From a virus (taxonomy: Duplodnaviria; Heunggongvirae; Uroviricota; Caudoviricetes): 64,000 nucleotides of DNA. This document shows, piece by piece, positions 44,069 through 53,627 of this stretch; positions within the stretch are counted from its first letter, which is position 1, and each line of letters opens with the position of its first letter. A program made the position numbers and the translations under genes. Location of the stretch: positions 67,101-131,100 of IMG/VR virus record IMGVR_UViG_3300047320_000132; one strand, 5' to 3'. A model generated the notes under the pieces. The model was not told the DNA's origin, did no database searches, and saw only the letters and a list, made by a program, of their open reading frames with translations.

Positions 44069-44148
44069 GGGATCGTAGCTCAGCCTGGTTCAAGAGCATT
44101 CGACTTTTAATCGAATGGTCGTTGGTTCAAATCCAACCGGTCCTACCA
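44069..44148 (+). tRNA. tRNA-Lys (TTT)
   Basis: Anticodon stem TTCGA/TCGAA, loop CTTTTAA. T-arm GTTGG-TTCAAAT-CCAAC. CCA encoded. A TGTATAAT -10 lies upstream. Confidence 0.7.
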
Positions 44149-44150
44149 AC

Positions 44151-44229
44151 AGGTCAGTAGTGACAATTGGCTTAACACGCAGGACTCCAAATCCTTGAGA
44201 TTGCGGTTCGAATCCGTACTGACTTGCCA
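44151..44229 (+). tRNA. tRNA-Trp (CCA)
   Basis: Acceptor AGGTCAG/CTGACTT. Anticodon loop CTCCAAA. T-arm TGCGG-TTCGAAT-CCGTA. CCA encoded. Starts 2 nt after tRNA-Lys. Confidence 0.6.
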
Positions 44230-44249
44230 TATTAATAACAGGAGTAATC

Positions 44250-44462
44250 ATGGACGAACACGTTCTGCCAGTAGTGAAACATGAGTTTCCGCTGCAAGTC
44301 GTAATCGGTAGCGAAGTGGTGACTTTCAATTCGCCGGAAGAAATCCCTGCCGGTGCGCAGTTCAAGATTTACGTGAAACCCGAACCTGAGGTTGTGAAGG
44401 CAGTGCCGAAGATCATCAATACCGGCAAAGCTCGCACCTGGAACAACAACGCAGTGGATTAA
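44250..44462 (+). CDS. hypothetical protein
   Basis: 70 aa. Confidence 0.4.
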   Translation: MDEHVLPVVKHEFPLQVVIGSEVVTFNSPEEIPAGAQFKIYVKPEPEVVKAVPKIINTGKARTWNNNAVD

Positions 44463-44474
44463 GGAGTAGTTGAG

Positions 44475-44873
44475 ATGATGCACGGAAATGGACAACGTTC
44501 GGTTACGGTCGATCGCCTGAAGCTGATCGAAAAACTGAAGTCCAACCTTGAAATTCACATCAAGGACTACGAAGAAGCAAAGATCGGTTACAAGATCAAA
44601 CTGAAGCAGGATCTTGAAGATGCTCTGGAATTCTTCGACGAAAGGCCGTACGAACAGCTTCCCAAGCTCATCGTCCAGAACAATCCTCCGCGTAGCTACG
44701 AGAAGGAATACCTCGATGCTATCACGCTGCTCGAATGGCAAGTCGGCGATACGGTGGAACTGGACCAGACGACGTTCAAGCAATTCGTTCAGAACGAGTG
44801 GGCGTGGAGCGGCGGGTTCGAAGCGATGAACACGACCTATAAGAGCTTCGCAGCAAGCGCCGCTCGTCGTTAA
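44475..44873 (+). CDS. hypothetical protein
   Basis: 132 aa. Confidence 0.45.
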   Translation: MMHGNGQRSVTVDRLKLIEKLKSNLEIHIKDYEEAKIGYKIKLKQDLEDALEFFDERPYEQLPKLIVQNNPPRSYEKEYLDAITLLEWQVGDTVELDQTTFKQFVQNEWAWSGGFEAMNTTYKSFAASAARR

Positions 44874-44985
44874 CAAGTTTCAGTGCGGGTTTGGTATAGA
44901 TGAATGTGCAGCGGTTTTCCAAACCGACGAGACGAGTTTGATACTCGTAGCCCGCTCAAAGTATCTAAGGTAGAAAGTTCTTAGA

Positions 44986-45059
44986 GCCACTGTAGGATAA
45001 TGGATTAATCTCCGGAGCTTCTACCTCCGTTTATGCGAGTTCGACCCTCGCCGGTGGCT
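44986..45059 (+). tRNA. tRNA-Arg (TCT)
   Basis: Acceptor GCCACTG/CGGTGGC. D-arm GGAT-AATGGATTA-ATCT. Anticodon stem CGGAG/CTCCG, loop CTTCTAC. T-arm GCGAG-TTCGACC-CTCGC. No CCA encoded. Confidence 0.6.
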
Positions 45060-45356
45060 CTAAGTTCTTTCCCAGGAGTAACATTTTGGAAACCAATCAT
45101 GAAACTCAGAGCAATCTTCCTGTTTGTAGTAACGATGATGACGATGGCCTCGTGCGCAACACAGCCGAGCCCCGCGTATTACGCAAAGGATTCTTTCTTG
45201 CATGGCGTCTCAGCGACAACGAATTAGACCTCCCCGACGAGAAGGTTTGAACGAGGTTCTTGTCTCCAAAGCTAAGGGCGGCGGAGAGCATAAGAACCGT
45301 AAAGACAAACGAACGTATAAGCGTAAGCTTGACAAAGAGTCAAAGGAAGAGTTGGA

Positions 45357-45602
45357 ATGATCAAGCAAGTTAAAGACCTGAAATTCGCCGACATCGGCAT
45401 TGCTGGAAAGGAAGAAACTCCTATTCAAAAGGCTAACCGTCTGGGCGTTCCCCTGATCCCTAAGAAAGAACGTGTTCCGTTTCAGGAACCCAATCCGATT
45501 ATCGCTGTGTGCGGACAATGCGGACACGAAGTTCGCAGTATGGAATACAAATCATGCCCTAAGGGCGAATGCCCCTTCGGTAGCTCGGTTACGTTGAACT
45601 GA
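45357..45602 (+). CDS. hypothetical zinc-ribbon protein
   Basis: 81 aa. CGQCGHEVRSMEYKSCPKGECP. Preceded by a 52-aa basic mini-ORF (45203-45360) with an ATGA overlap. Confidence 0.4.
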   Translation: MIKQVKDLKFADIGIAGKEETPIQKANRLGVPLIPKKERVPFQEPNPIIAVCGQCGHEVRSMEYKSCPKGECPFGSSVTLN

Positions 45603-45638
45603 TTTTGGTGGCGTTGTAGCTGTTCGTGGTTCCCTCCT

Positions 45639-45672
45639 TTTGGTGCTCGATTTCTGAGCACCTTTTTTTTGA
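45639..45672 (+). terminator. intrinsic terminator
   Basis: GGTGCTCGATTTCTGAGCACC hairpin followed by TTTTTTTT. Confidence 0.6.
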
Positions 45673-45775
45673 TTGTCCAAGATGTTATTTGGTATAAGAA
45701 TAATGGAAATAAGTTGGAAACTATACTTATAACAGAGGCGACTCTCACTCCTACTTACAAGTCAAAGAGGTAACC

Positions 45776-46000
45776 ATGAGCTGCAAACTGAAGAAAGAGA
45801 CATCGATCGACGCAAAGAACAACGCTGTTAGACTGTCACGTTCACTAAGAAACAGTAAGCCTAAAGACGGGACTGAAAAGAGTCAGTTCAAAGCGTATTA
45901 TTGTGAAGAGTGCGATGCCTGGCATGTAACGAGTAGTCCAGTAGCACAATCCAAACCCCGGCACAAGCATACCAGTGCCTTAATACCAGCCATAACATAA
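45776..46000 (+). CDS. hypothetical zinc-finger protein
   Basis: 74 aa. YYCEECDAWH. Confidence 0.4.
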   Translation: MSCKLKKETSIDAKNNAVRLSRSLRNSKPKDGTEKSQFKAYYCEECDAWHVTSSPVAQSKPRHKHTSALIPAIT

Positions 46001-47397
46001 TGACCAAGATAATCCTTCATACCTGCGATAATGCGGAAGACAACGCAATGCTCCAGGCGTTGTACTCCCGCAGCGCAGAGAGTGTCACGACCCACCTTGA
46101 GAAAATCAAGGAGACTGGGTCGGGGAAGTTTATGTCCCAATACTACCTGGGCTATGGCCACGCGTCCATTGGGGACTGCGGCGGCGATACCCTTTACTTT
46201 GAGGGGATCTCGATGCTGGCCGCAAAGGCAATCGAGGACAACCCTCTTTTCGTCGGACAGGAGTGCAGCTCTCGATACATCGATTTCAGTACCGCCGATT
46301 TCTATAATAACGGACGTACGTTAGCAGAACTCAAAGCCATTGAGGATCTGTATGCTCGTTACCGAGCATTCTATACGTCTTCAATGGAGCCTTTGAAGAT
46401 TGCCCTGCGTGAACGATTCCCCATCCAGGAAGGAGACAAAGAGGCCGTTTACGAGAAAGCTATTGCTGCTCGTGCTTTTGATATTCTCCGTGGCTTTCTG
46501 CCTACAGGTGCTACTACCAATGTGGCTTGGACATTCCGATTTAGCAACGCTGGTGAGCACCTCACCTGGATGATGCACCATCCGCTGAAAGAAGTAAAAG
46601 AGCTTGCGGTGGAAGCGTATCGGATGTTGTGGACTAAGTACCCCAACTCGTTCAGGTTCGATCACGCTGGGTTTATCGACAGCATTAACGTCGACGGTGC
46701 TTTGCCGGAAATCGAAGGGGCCGAGAAGTATGCCTTCGAAAGCGAAATGGACAACTTCTATACACAGATCTGGGTTCCTGAAAAAGGTCGTAAGCTTTGT
46801 CGTACCGAGGATCTTCTGATCGAAGTGGAACTGGATGACGAAACTCCCAGTCTGGCCAAGTTGTCGAGCGGTTTCGTGAATCGGACGAAACGTAGCAAGC
46901 TGCATAAGCATTCCCTGTTCAGTAAACAGGACGTCTACGTTTCGGCGACTCTGGACTTCGGATCGTTCCGGGATATTCAACGTCATCGTAATGGCTATTG
47001 TAGCATGCCTATGGTGACGGATGAATTCGGCGTGCATCCCTGGTACTACGACAACCTCACGGAAGATCTACGTAAGGAAGCGTATATCCTTCTGAATGCG
47101 ATCGAAGCAACTTACGCTCTGCTTGTCCCAGATGGTACTGACGTTAATGCCCGGGCTCAAGCTCAGTACATTCTTCCGATGGGTAACGTGGTACCGGTCG
47201 TGTTGAAGTATGACATCAGGCAGTCTGTATACGTGGCTGAGTTGCGTTCCAGCAAAACGGTACATGCTACGCTTCGCCCGGTTGCCCAAGAAATGGCGAG
47301 AGTGCTGGGAGACTTCGGTATCCCTATGTACTACGACAGGGATGAAGATAACTGGACTGTACGTCGCGGTGAGCAAGATATCATCAAGAAGAGTTAA
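46000..47397 (+). CDS. thyX: ThyX-like protein (FAD-dependent thymidylate synthase family) with an apparent internal domain duplication
   Basis: 465 aa. The C-terminal half carries FRDIQRHRNGYCS, the ThyX RHR motif. The N-terminal half has a ThyX-like EGIS...SSRYI block but no RHR. Confidence 0.5.
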   Translation: MTKIILHTCDNAEDNAMLQALYSRSAESVTTHLEKIKETGSGKFMSQYYLGYGHASIGDCGGDTLYFEGISMLAAKAIEDNPLFVGQECSSRYIDFSTADFYNNGRTLAELKAIEDLYARYRAFYTSSMEPLKIALRERFPIQEGDKEAVYEKAIAARAFDILRGFLPTGATTNVAWTFRFSNAGEHLTWMMHHPLKEVKELAVEAYRMLWTKYPNSFRFDHAGFIDSINVDGALPEIEGAEKYAFESEMDNFYTQIWVPEKGRKLCRTEDLLIEVELDDETPSLAKLSSGFVNRTKRSKLHKHSLFSKQDVYVSATLDFGSFRDIQRHRNGYCSMPMVTDEFGVHPWYYDNLTEDLRKEAYILLNAIEATYALLVPDGTDVNARAQAQYILPMGNVVPVVLKYDIRQSVYVAELRSSKTVHATLRPVAQEMARVLGDFGIPMYYDRDEDNWTVRRGEQDIIKKS

Positions 47398-47478
47398 ACA
47401 AATTTAGGTATTATGGTATAAGCAAAGTGTCGGGGAAATTACTTCCTTGGCACTTTCTTTTTAGTCTAGGAGACTTAA

Positions 47479-47958
47479 ATGTATCAAGCAGATAACGGTC
47501 GTTACACCCTCATCCAGATCGAAGCTTTGGCATTGGTCCTGGAACGTACAGAAGATGGCAAGCTGGTTCACCTCGGCGCTCCCGCCCATCTCTCGCTCGA
47601 AGAGAGTCTCAATGATATCCGTGCTGGTATCAATGAAACGCTTGTCGACGTTAAGAGAACCAAGGAGATGGTCCTCAAACAGTGGAACCGTTTCCAGGCA
47701 ACCAAACCGTTCATGGAAGCTCGTGAACTGGAACTTAACGAAGTGATGTGGAAAGGCTTCGAACTGCAAAAGTACGAATCCAAAAAGACCAGCGCAATTG
47801 CCGCTCTGGAACAGGCACTGTACGAACTTACGGACATCATGCTTGAAAACGACGTAACGTTGAAGAGTCTCGAGGATTCTACAGGGACTGCTGAAGTCAA
47901 ACACGTAAGTCTGGATGACGTCAAAAATCTGTTTGACGGATTCGGAAAGAAAGAGTAA
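47479..47958 (+). CDS. hypothetical protein
   Basis: 159 aa, helical and acidic. Confidence 0.45.
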   Translation: MYQADNGRYTLIQIEALALVLERTEDGKLVHLGAPAHLSLEESLNDIRAGINETLVDVKRTKEMVLKQWNRFQATKPFMEARELELNEVMWKGFELQKYESKKTSAIAALEQALYELTDIMLENDVTLKSLEDSTGTAEVKHVSLDDVKNLFDGFGKKE

Positions 47959-48015
47959 CATAGGTTTGTGCGGTAACAGAGAGTTGCCGCTTTTCTTTAA
48001 CTTCGAGAGGCTCGA

Positions 48016-49164
48016 ATGTCAATTATATCCCTTAAGCACGAAATCGTGCAGCAGTATGAAATCGTTTCTACGGAACGCAAACCCAAAGAGTTTGATCTTG
48101 CAGTAGTAATGGGTCGTTTTGAACCCTATCACGTTGGTCACCAGATTCTCGTCAACAAAGCACTTCTGATCGCAGATCGTGTTCTTGTATTGATCGGGTC
48201 TGCAAACGCCCCCCGCACTATCAAGAATCCCTTCACGTACGATGAACGTGCGACGATGATCGCTATGTCTCTTACGCAAGAAGAGATGGGTACCTTGCAC
48301 GACAGCAGATTCTTGACGGAAGCTCTTGTAGACAACATGTACTCTGACGATGACTGGGCAAAACAAGTCCAGGAAAAAATCTCCTACTGGACTCCGAAAT
48401 ATGATGCTTCAACTCCAGTTGAAAAACGTAAACCAATAAAGATCGCAATCGTCGGCAATAAAAAAGACGAGAGTTCGTATTATCTCGATCTATTTCCGCA
48501 ATACGACTACGTCCCGGTAGATGAAGTAAAACTTGGATTTGACGCTACGTCTATTCGTGAAATCATCTTCGAAAAGCCGGGGTTCATCGATCTGCTGAAA
48601 AGCCTAGTTCCTTCGTACACTTTCGACTTTCTGAAAGACTTTATCAAGTCTCCGGAATACTACCGTCTGTCTCGTGAATACCAGATGGTTAAGAAGTATA
48701 AGGAAGCCTGGTCAGTGGCCCCGTATGCACCTACGTTTGTTACCGTGGATGCAGTGGTGAAGAAAGCTGGACACGTTCTTTTAGTCAAGCGGAAGGCGGC
48801 TCCTGGAGAAGGACTCTGGGCATTGCCGGGTGGATTTGTAGAACAGAATGAGAGGCTCAGAGATGCGGCACTTCGTGAACTCAAAGAAGAAACAAGCATT
48901 GATCTGCCTTCTGGTCTTCTGCTTGGTAGTATGGGCGAAGGCGTTGTTTTTGACCATCCTAATCGCAGCTTGCGTGGGCGCACTTTTACCCATGCTTTCC
49001 TCTTTGATCTTGACCGGGCGGATAAGAAAGCTGGAATCCCCAAGACCAAAGCAGGAGACGACGCAGCAGATGCCAAGTTCTTCACGTACGACGAAACCCT
49101 GAAGATGGCAGATAAGGTCTACGAAGATCATCTTCCCATTATTCGCAAGCTGGTCGGTATCTGA
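48016..49164 (+). CDS. nadM: Bifunctional NMN adenylyltransferase / Nudix hydrolase (NadM-Nudix type)
   Basis: The N-terminal cytidylyltransferase motif MGRFEPYHVGHQ is an HxGH box. The C-terminal Nudix box is GGFVEQNERLRDAALRELKEETSI. Confidence 0.75.
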   Translation: MSIISLKHEIVQQYEIVSTERKPKEFDLAVVMGRFEPYHVGHQILVNKALLIADRVLVLIGSANAPRTIKNPFTYDERATMIAMSLTQEEMGTLHDSRFLTEALVDNMYSDDDWAKQVQEKISYWTPKYDASTPVEKRKPIKIAIVGNKKDESSYYLDLFPQYDYVPVDEVKLGFDATSIREIIFEKPGFIDLLKSLVPSYTFDFLKDFIKSPEYYRLSREYQMVKKYKEAWSVAPYAPTFVTVDAVVKKAGHVLLVKRKAAPGEGLWALPGGFVEQNERLRDAALRELKEETSIDLPSGLLLGSMGEGVVFDHPNRSLRGRTFTHAFLFDLDRADKKAGIPKTKAGDDAADAKFFTYDETLKMADKVYEDHLPIIRKLVGI

Positions 49165-49868
49165 TGAGCAACACCATTTCCGAAGAAGATTTGACCATAA
49201 AGAATCTAACCGCTAAGTACTACGTTTATTCTTTAAGGGCTGAAAATGAACACATGCCGTTTTATATCGGTATAACTGCTGTTAATCGTAGACGTTTTAA
49301 CGAACATATGTGCAGAGCTAATAAGGGAGACAGTAAACTTGTCTATACCAAAATTAGAAAATGTATAAATGAAAACGTTAGAATAATTCACGAAGTATTA
49401 TTAACTTCAGAGTCTCAGAGCGTAGCCCTTGAAATGGAAAAGTTTTTAATTCAGTCGTATGGTAGGCAGGATATTAAAACAGGTATCCTTAAAAATCATA
49501 CGGCTGGGGGAGACGGTGTACATGAGTATCGTCATACTGAAAAAGCCCGTGAGAAAATGAAACTGGCTAAGCTTGGCAATAAGTTAAACGTTGGGCGTAA
49601 ACGACCTGATGTTGTTGAAAAATGGAGTAAGCCTATTTCTATGTTTAATCACAAAGGCGAATTGGTTAACACATTTAATTCTGCAAGAGAAGCTTGGAAA
49701 GAGACGGGTATTCATTTTGGCGGTATTTCAGCCGTATTAAGTGGTAAGAATAAACGAGTCAAACAAAAACCAACAGGTGATTATTTTGTATTCAGATTTC
49801 GAGAAGAATCTTGTACAAGTATTGAGCCTTTTAAAAATCAAAAATCTGGTCGTAGCCCTAAGCAATAG
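49164..49868 (+). CDS. GIY-YIG homing endonuclease between nadM and nadV
   Basis: 234 aa. KYYVYSL...PFYIGIT is the GIY-YIG motif. C-terminal NUMOD-like repeats. Ends with TAG. Confidence 0.75.
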   Translation: MSNTISEEDLTIKNLTAKYYVYSLRAENEHMPFYIGITAVNRRRFNEHMCRANKGDSKLVYTKIRKCINENVRIIHEVLLTSESQSVALEMEKFLIQSYGRQDIKTGILKNHTAGGDGVHEYRHTEKAREKMKLAKLGNKLNVGRKRPDVVEKWSKPISMFNHKGELVNTFNSAREAWKETGIHFGGISAVLSGKNKRVKQKPTGDYFVFRFREESCTSIEPFKNQKSGRSPKQ

Positions 49869-49900
49869 ATGCTTAGTATTTTATTTAGTGAGGAACTAAA

Positions 49901-51298
49901 ATGTCAAACTTCAAAATTAATCCGTTACTTAACGTCGATAGTTATAAAAATTCTCATTTCTTGCAATACCCACAAGGCACTTCTGCCCTGTACTCATACG
50001 TGGAAGCACGCAAGGACAACAGCGGGTTTGGGATCAAGAACTCAACGTTCTTCGGTCTCCAGGGTTTCATCAAAGACCACTTGCTCAACGCAATCACGGC
50101 TGAGCATGTCGAGTACGCAATGAAGGTCAATTCTATTCACGGTGAGCCCTTCGCTAAGAAGGAATTTGATCGCCTGGTGAAAGTGCATGGAGGTCATGCT
50201 CCGATGGTGATCCGTGCAGTCCCGGAAGGTCTGCAAGTTCCGATGTCGAATGTGCTGGTCGATGTAATGTCTACTGACGAAGAAATGCCTTGGATCGGTT
50301 CGTTCTTCGAAACCCAGATCCTTCGTGCAGCGTGGTTTGGTACTACGGTAGCTTCCATTTCGAGGCACTGTAAAGAGATCATCTTCAAGTACCTTGTCGA
50401 TACGTGCGATAGGCCGCTCGACGAAATGCCCTTCAAGCTTCATGACTTCGGTGCCCGTGGCGCAAGCTCTACGGAGACTTCTGCAATTGCTGGCGCAGCG
50501 CATCTGATCAATTTTATGGGTACAGACACCATGCTTGGCATGGAGTATGCACATCAATTCTACGGAGCTGACTACAATGGCCTGGGTTATTCTATTCCCG
50601 CTGCTGAGCATTCCACTATTACTAGTTGGGGGCGTACGCACGAAGCTGACGCTTATAGAAATATGTGCGAAAAATTCGGCCAAGGCCTATTCGCTGTTGT
50701 CAGTGATAGCTACGATATCTTTAACGCTGTTAAAAATATCTGGGGCGGAGAGCTTCGTGACTTTGTCCTGGCCCAACCTGGTACTCTTGTGGTTCGTCCA
50801 GATTCTGGTGAACCTGTATCTGTCGTTTCTACGGTGGTCGGGCTACTGGCCGATGCGTTCGGTTACAGTGTTAACTCGAAAGGCTTTAAGGTCCTGAACA
50901 AGGTCCGTGTCATTCAAGGTGATGGTGTAAACCCTGAAAGCATCGAGAAAATTCTTGCTGCTCTTAAGTTGGCTGGATTCAGCGCCGAGAACGTTGCATT
51001 CGGCATGGGCGGGGCGTTGCATCAGAAGTTGGATCGTGATACGCTTTCGTTTGCAATGAAGGCTTCGTCTGTCTGTGTTGATGGCAAGTGGCTTGACGTA
51101 TACAAGAATCCTATTGCTGGCGGTAAAACCAGCAAGCGCGGACATCTTGCACTAGTCGAAGATAATGACGGAGTGTTGACCACGATTCGTCGTGAAAATG
51201 CTATGGGTCGTGTAGATCTGTTGGAACCTGTATATGCGAATGGTGTTTTGATTCGTGACCAGTCTTTTAGCGATATTCGTCGCAACGCAGCAATCTAA
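49901..51298 (+). CDS. nadV: Nicotinamide phosphoribosyltransferase
   Basis: 465 aa. The N-terminal NPLLNVDSYKNSHF matches the conserved NadV/Nampt start. Length and overall pattern fit Nampt. Confidence 0.8.
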   Translation: MSNFKINPLLNVDSYKNSHFLQYPQGTSALYSYVEARKDNSGFGIKNSTFFGLQGFIKDHLLNAITAEHVEYAMKVNSIHGEPFAKKEFDRLVKVHGGHAPMVIRAVPEGLQVPMSNVLVDVMSTDEEMPWIGSFFETQILRAAWFGTTVASISRHCKEIIFKYLVDTCDRPLDEMPFKLHDFGARGASSTETSAIAGAAHLINFMGTDTMLGMEYAHQFYGADYNGLGYSIPAAEHSTITSWGRTHEADAYRNMCEKFGQGLFAVVSDSYDIFNAVKNIWGGELRDFVLAQPGTLVVRPDSGEPVSVVSTVVGLLADAFGYSVNSKGFKVLNKVRVIQGDGVNPESIEKILAALKLAGFSAENVAFGMGGALHQKLDRDTLSFAMKASSVCVDGKWLDVYKNPIAGGKTSKRGHLALVEDNDGVLTTIRRENAMGRVDLLEPVYANGVLIRDQSFSDIRRNAAI

Positions 51299-51346
51299 CC
51301 TCAAAGGGGAAACACTATGAAGTAATTCTATTTATGGAGGTTTCTC

Positions 51347-51541
51347 ATGAGTTTCGATAACAAGTTTTATCCGAACCGCAAAGACAATCGTCGACCTTAC
51401 CCAGATTGGGTAGGTTCAAAAGGGTTTGACAGATCCTGCCGCAATCACGGCGGTTGTAATTACTGCGTTTCGAATAGACGAATCCACTGGTTACGTGAAT
51501 TAGCCAAAGCAGACGACAAACTCAAAGAGTTTGGAATCTAG
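51347..51541 (+). CDS. hypothetical protein
   Basis: 64 aa. Ends with TAG. Confidence 0.35.
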   Translation: MSFDNKFYPNRKDNRRPYPDWVGSKGFDRSCRNHGGCNYCVSNRRIHWLRELAKADDKLKEFGI

Positions 51542-51819
51542 TGTACACGGGGCTACGGCCCCGTTTCTTATTGGAGAAAAAGATGACTACTGCTTGTGAT
51601 GGTACGTTTCCGCGCTTGGAGAACTGGGAAGTTTATCCGTATTTTCCAGGCTCACAATCTGAAGTGTTAGTTGCAGAGGGTGACATCTACAACGACAAGC
51701 GTTGGCCGGATGGTACGCATATTTACACGTCCGCTGTGAAGAACCTGGCTGATGACGAAACCTCGCTTCAGACTCGTAATACCCTTTACCAACTTGGCAA
51801 GAAACTGGAGACGGCATAA
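51541..51819 (+). CDS. hypothetical protein
   Basis: 92 aa (alternative start at 51583). Confidence 0.35.
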   Translation: MYTGLRPRFLLEKKMTTACDGTFPRLENWEVYPYFPGSQSEVLVAEGDIYNDKRWPDGTHIYTSAVKNLADDETSLQTRNTLYQLGKKLETA

Positions 51820-52313
51820 TGAATCACGCTATGTGGGAACTATATTGGTTGACCCGCTTCATCAATATCCATGATGGTGCTGGTACCGTTTGGGGTGTCC
51901 TTATGGGTGCTTTAGGTATAGGTACTTTCCTCTCTATCGTCACTTGTATTGACGTGAGGGATGGTGAGAAAAGTGCGCATGTTTATAAATGGCTTAAACG
52001 TACGTACCTAACCTTCGGCATTCCTTGGTTGATTGCAAGTTTGCTTTACACCTTCACCCCAACCAAGGAAGAAGCTGCGTTTATCGTAGCCGGTGGAGCG
52101 GTGGTAGCCGCAGCACAGAGCGATGCCGGTCAACGGATTGCTTCAAAGTCTGTAGCCGTGCTTGAGGGTAGTCTCGACACCATTCTCGGTAAGGAAGCTG
52201 TAGCCAAGGCTCAGTTGGATGTTGAGAAACGCGTTGTGGATGCTGTGAAAAACCAGATGGGGATTAAAGGTGAAAGTCAAGGATCTGAAAAAGATGCTGG
52301 AAACGGTAAGTGA
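51819..52313 (+). CDS. hypothetical membrane protein
   Basis: 164 aa with two or three TM helices. Confidence 0.45.
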   Translation: MNHAMWELYWLTRFINIHDGAGTVWGVLMGALGIGTFLSIVTCIDVRDGEKSAHVYKWLKRTYLTFGIPWLIASLLYTFTPTKEEAAFIVAGGAVVAAAQSDAGQRIASKSVAVLEGSLDTILGKEAVAKAQLDVEKRVVDAVKNQMGIKGESQGSEKDAGNGK

Positions 52314-52451
52314 TGACGCCGAAATCGTGATAGGTGGCAGTGACCATCAGTACCTGATTGCAGAGATGGAGATTAGAAAAGCGGAAAAGACCAACTATGG
52401 TCTATTCGAACCTGATGCGCTTTGTACGAATACGGTGGACGTTTTTCTAGT

Positions 52452-52492
52452 GTGGTAATTAGAAGCCGGGTTTTACGACTCGGCTTTTTTTA
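52452..52492 (+). terminator. intrinsic terminator, same family as the one at 63836
   Basis: AGCCGGGTTTTACGACTCGGCT hairpin followed by TTTTTTTA. Confidence 0.55.
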
Positions 52493-52508
52493 CTTTTCTG
52501 AAGTATTT

Positions 52509-52518
52509 TTGGTATAAG
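52509..52518 (+). promoter_or_regulatory. TTGGTATAAG promoter motif
   Basis: TTTTTGGTATAAGAGTTTTGG, directly after a terminator. Confidence 0.45.
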
Positions 52519-52576
52519 AGTTTTGGAGTAGAGTAGTTTACTTTTTCTATACTAACGTCAAGGACTTATAAGAATC

Positions 52577-52939
52577 ATGTTGACCATCGCTTTGTGGGTA
52601 ATTCTCTGGGTAGCAGTTGGCGTTGTAATCGCCGCTTTGTTTTCTATCTCGAAGGAAAAGGACCGGGTCTTCGTGTGGAAAGACGAAGTAGCAACTGAAC
52701 TTTACGAACAGTTCAACGTTGATTATCGTATTGCATTTCAGATAGTCGACGGTACATTCTCCACATGGAGTTTGATGTACAAAACTGGTATGGCGGGTAT
52801 TCCGAGGGCCGTTGCTTTGCGTCTCTTCTGGCGTAAGGCAGACGAATCGGGTTGGATGCCGCATCATTTCAACAAACGGATTATGCCTGACGAACTGTAT
52901 CATCATCATTCGTGGGGCGGCATTATCGTCGAGGCTTGA
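52577..52939 (+). CDS. hypothetical membrane protein
   Basis: 120 aa. N-terminal TM helix. Preceded by a terminator and a TTGGTATAAG promoter. Confidence 0.45.
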   Translation: MLTIALWVILWVAVGVVIAALFSISKEKDRVFVWKDEVATELYEQFNVDYRIAFQIVDGTFSTWSLMYKTGMAGIPRAVALRLFWRKADESGWMPHHFNKRIMPDELYHHHSWGGIIVEA

Positions 52940-53140
52940 ATGTCTGAAGTAAATTGGGACAAAATCAATGTTGCAATAGATTTGAAAGTACGCCCAAAAA
53001 TTTCACCCTTACCGTGTCCTCTCTGTAAGTCAGATCAAGTGCAAGTCTGCATGGACACTAACAACCCTATTAAAGACTTTGTCAAATGCAGGCACTGTCA
53101 CTGTCAAGCCCCTTTCAAAGCTTGGCAGGATAGGAAGTAA
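52940..53140 (+). CDS. hypothetical zinc-ribbon protein
   Basis: 66 aa. CPLC...CRHCHC. Confidence 0.4.
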   Translation: MSEVNWDKINVAIDLKVRPKISPLPCPLCKSDQVQVCMDTNNPIKDFVKCRHCHCQAPFKAWQDRK

Positions 53141-53172
53141 AAAGAGAGAAGCTTCGGCTTCTCTTTTAGTTT
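53141..53172 (+). terminator. intrinsic terminator
   Basis: GAGAGAAGCTTCGGCTTCTCTC hairpin followed by TTTTAG. Confidence 0.55.
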
Positions 53173-53181
53173 GGAGAAAAT

Positions 53182-53445
53182 TTGAATAGCGATATGATCA
53201 ATGGCTTGCTGGAATTCGCAGGCTCTTTCTTTATCCTCGGGCACTGCAAGGCGATGTATAATGCCAAGGACTCTCGTGCAGTAAGCCTTCTTGCTACACT
53301 GTTTTTCTTTACCTGGGGACTCTGGAACGTTTACTTCTTTCCAAGTCATGGATTGTACTGGAGCTTCCGAGGTGGACTTTTTATGGCCGCTGCCAACATT
53401 CTGTGGGCCTGGCTGATTATTTACTATAGATGGATTAAGAAATGA
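53182..53445 (+). CDS. hypothetical membrane protein
   Basis: 87 aa. Confidence 0.4.
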   Translation: MNSDMINGLLEFAGSFFILGHCKAMYNAKDSRAVSLLATLFFFTWGLWNVYFFPSHGLYWSFRGGLFMAAANILWAWLIIYYRWIKK

Positions 53446-53627
53446 AACAAAAACTAAAAGCCTTCTTCAGCAATCGCTTTATCTTCCTGGCAACGATGCT
53501 TATTTTTGCGATGCTTGTCGGCTACGACCTTTCGACACATAACTGGACCTGGTTTATTATCGATTGTATTTTCCTTACATCCGATGCTTTCATTTTCGCT
53601 GACCACACCAAAAACTGGAATTCGTAA
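53442..53627 (+). CDS. hypothetical membrane protein
   Basis: 61 aa. Confidence 0.35.
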   Translation: MKQKLKAFFSNRFIFLATMLIFAMLVGYDLSTHNWTWFIIDCIFLTSDAFIFADHTKNWNS

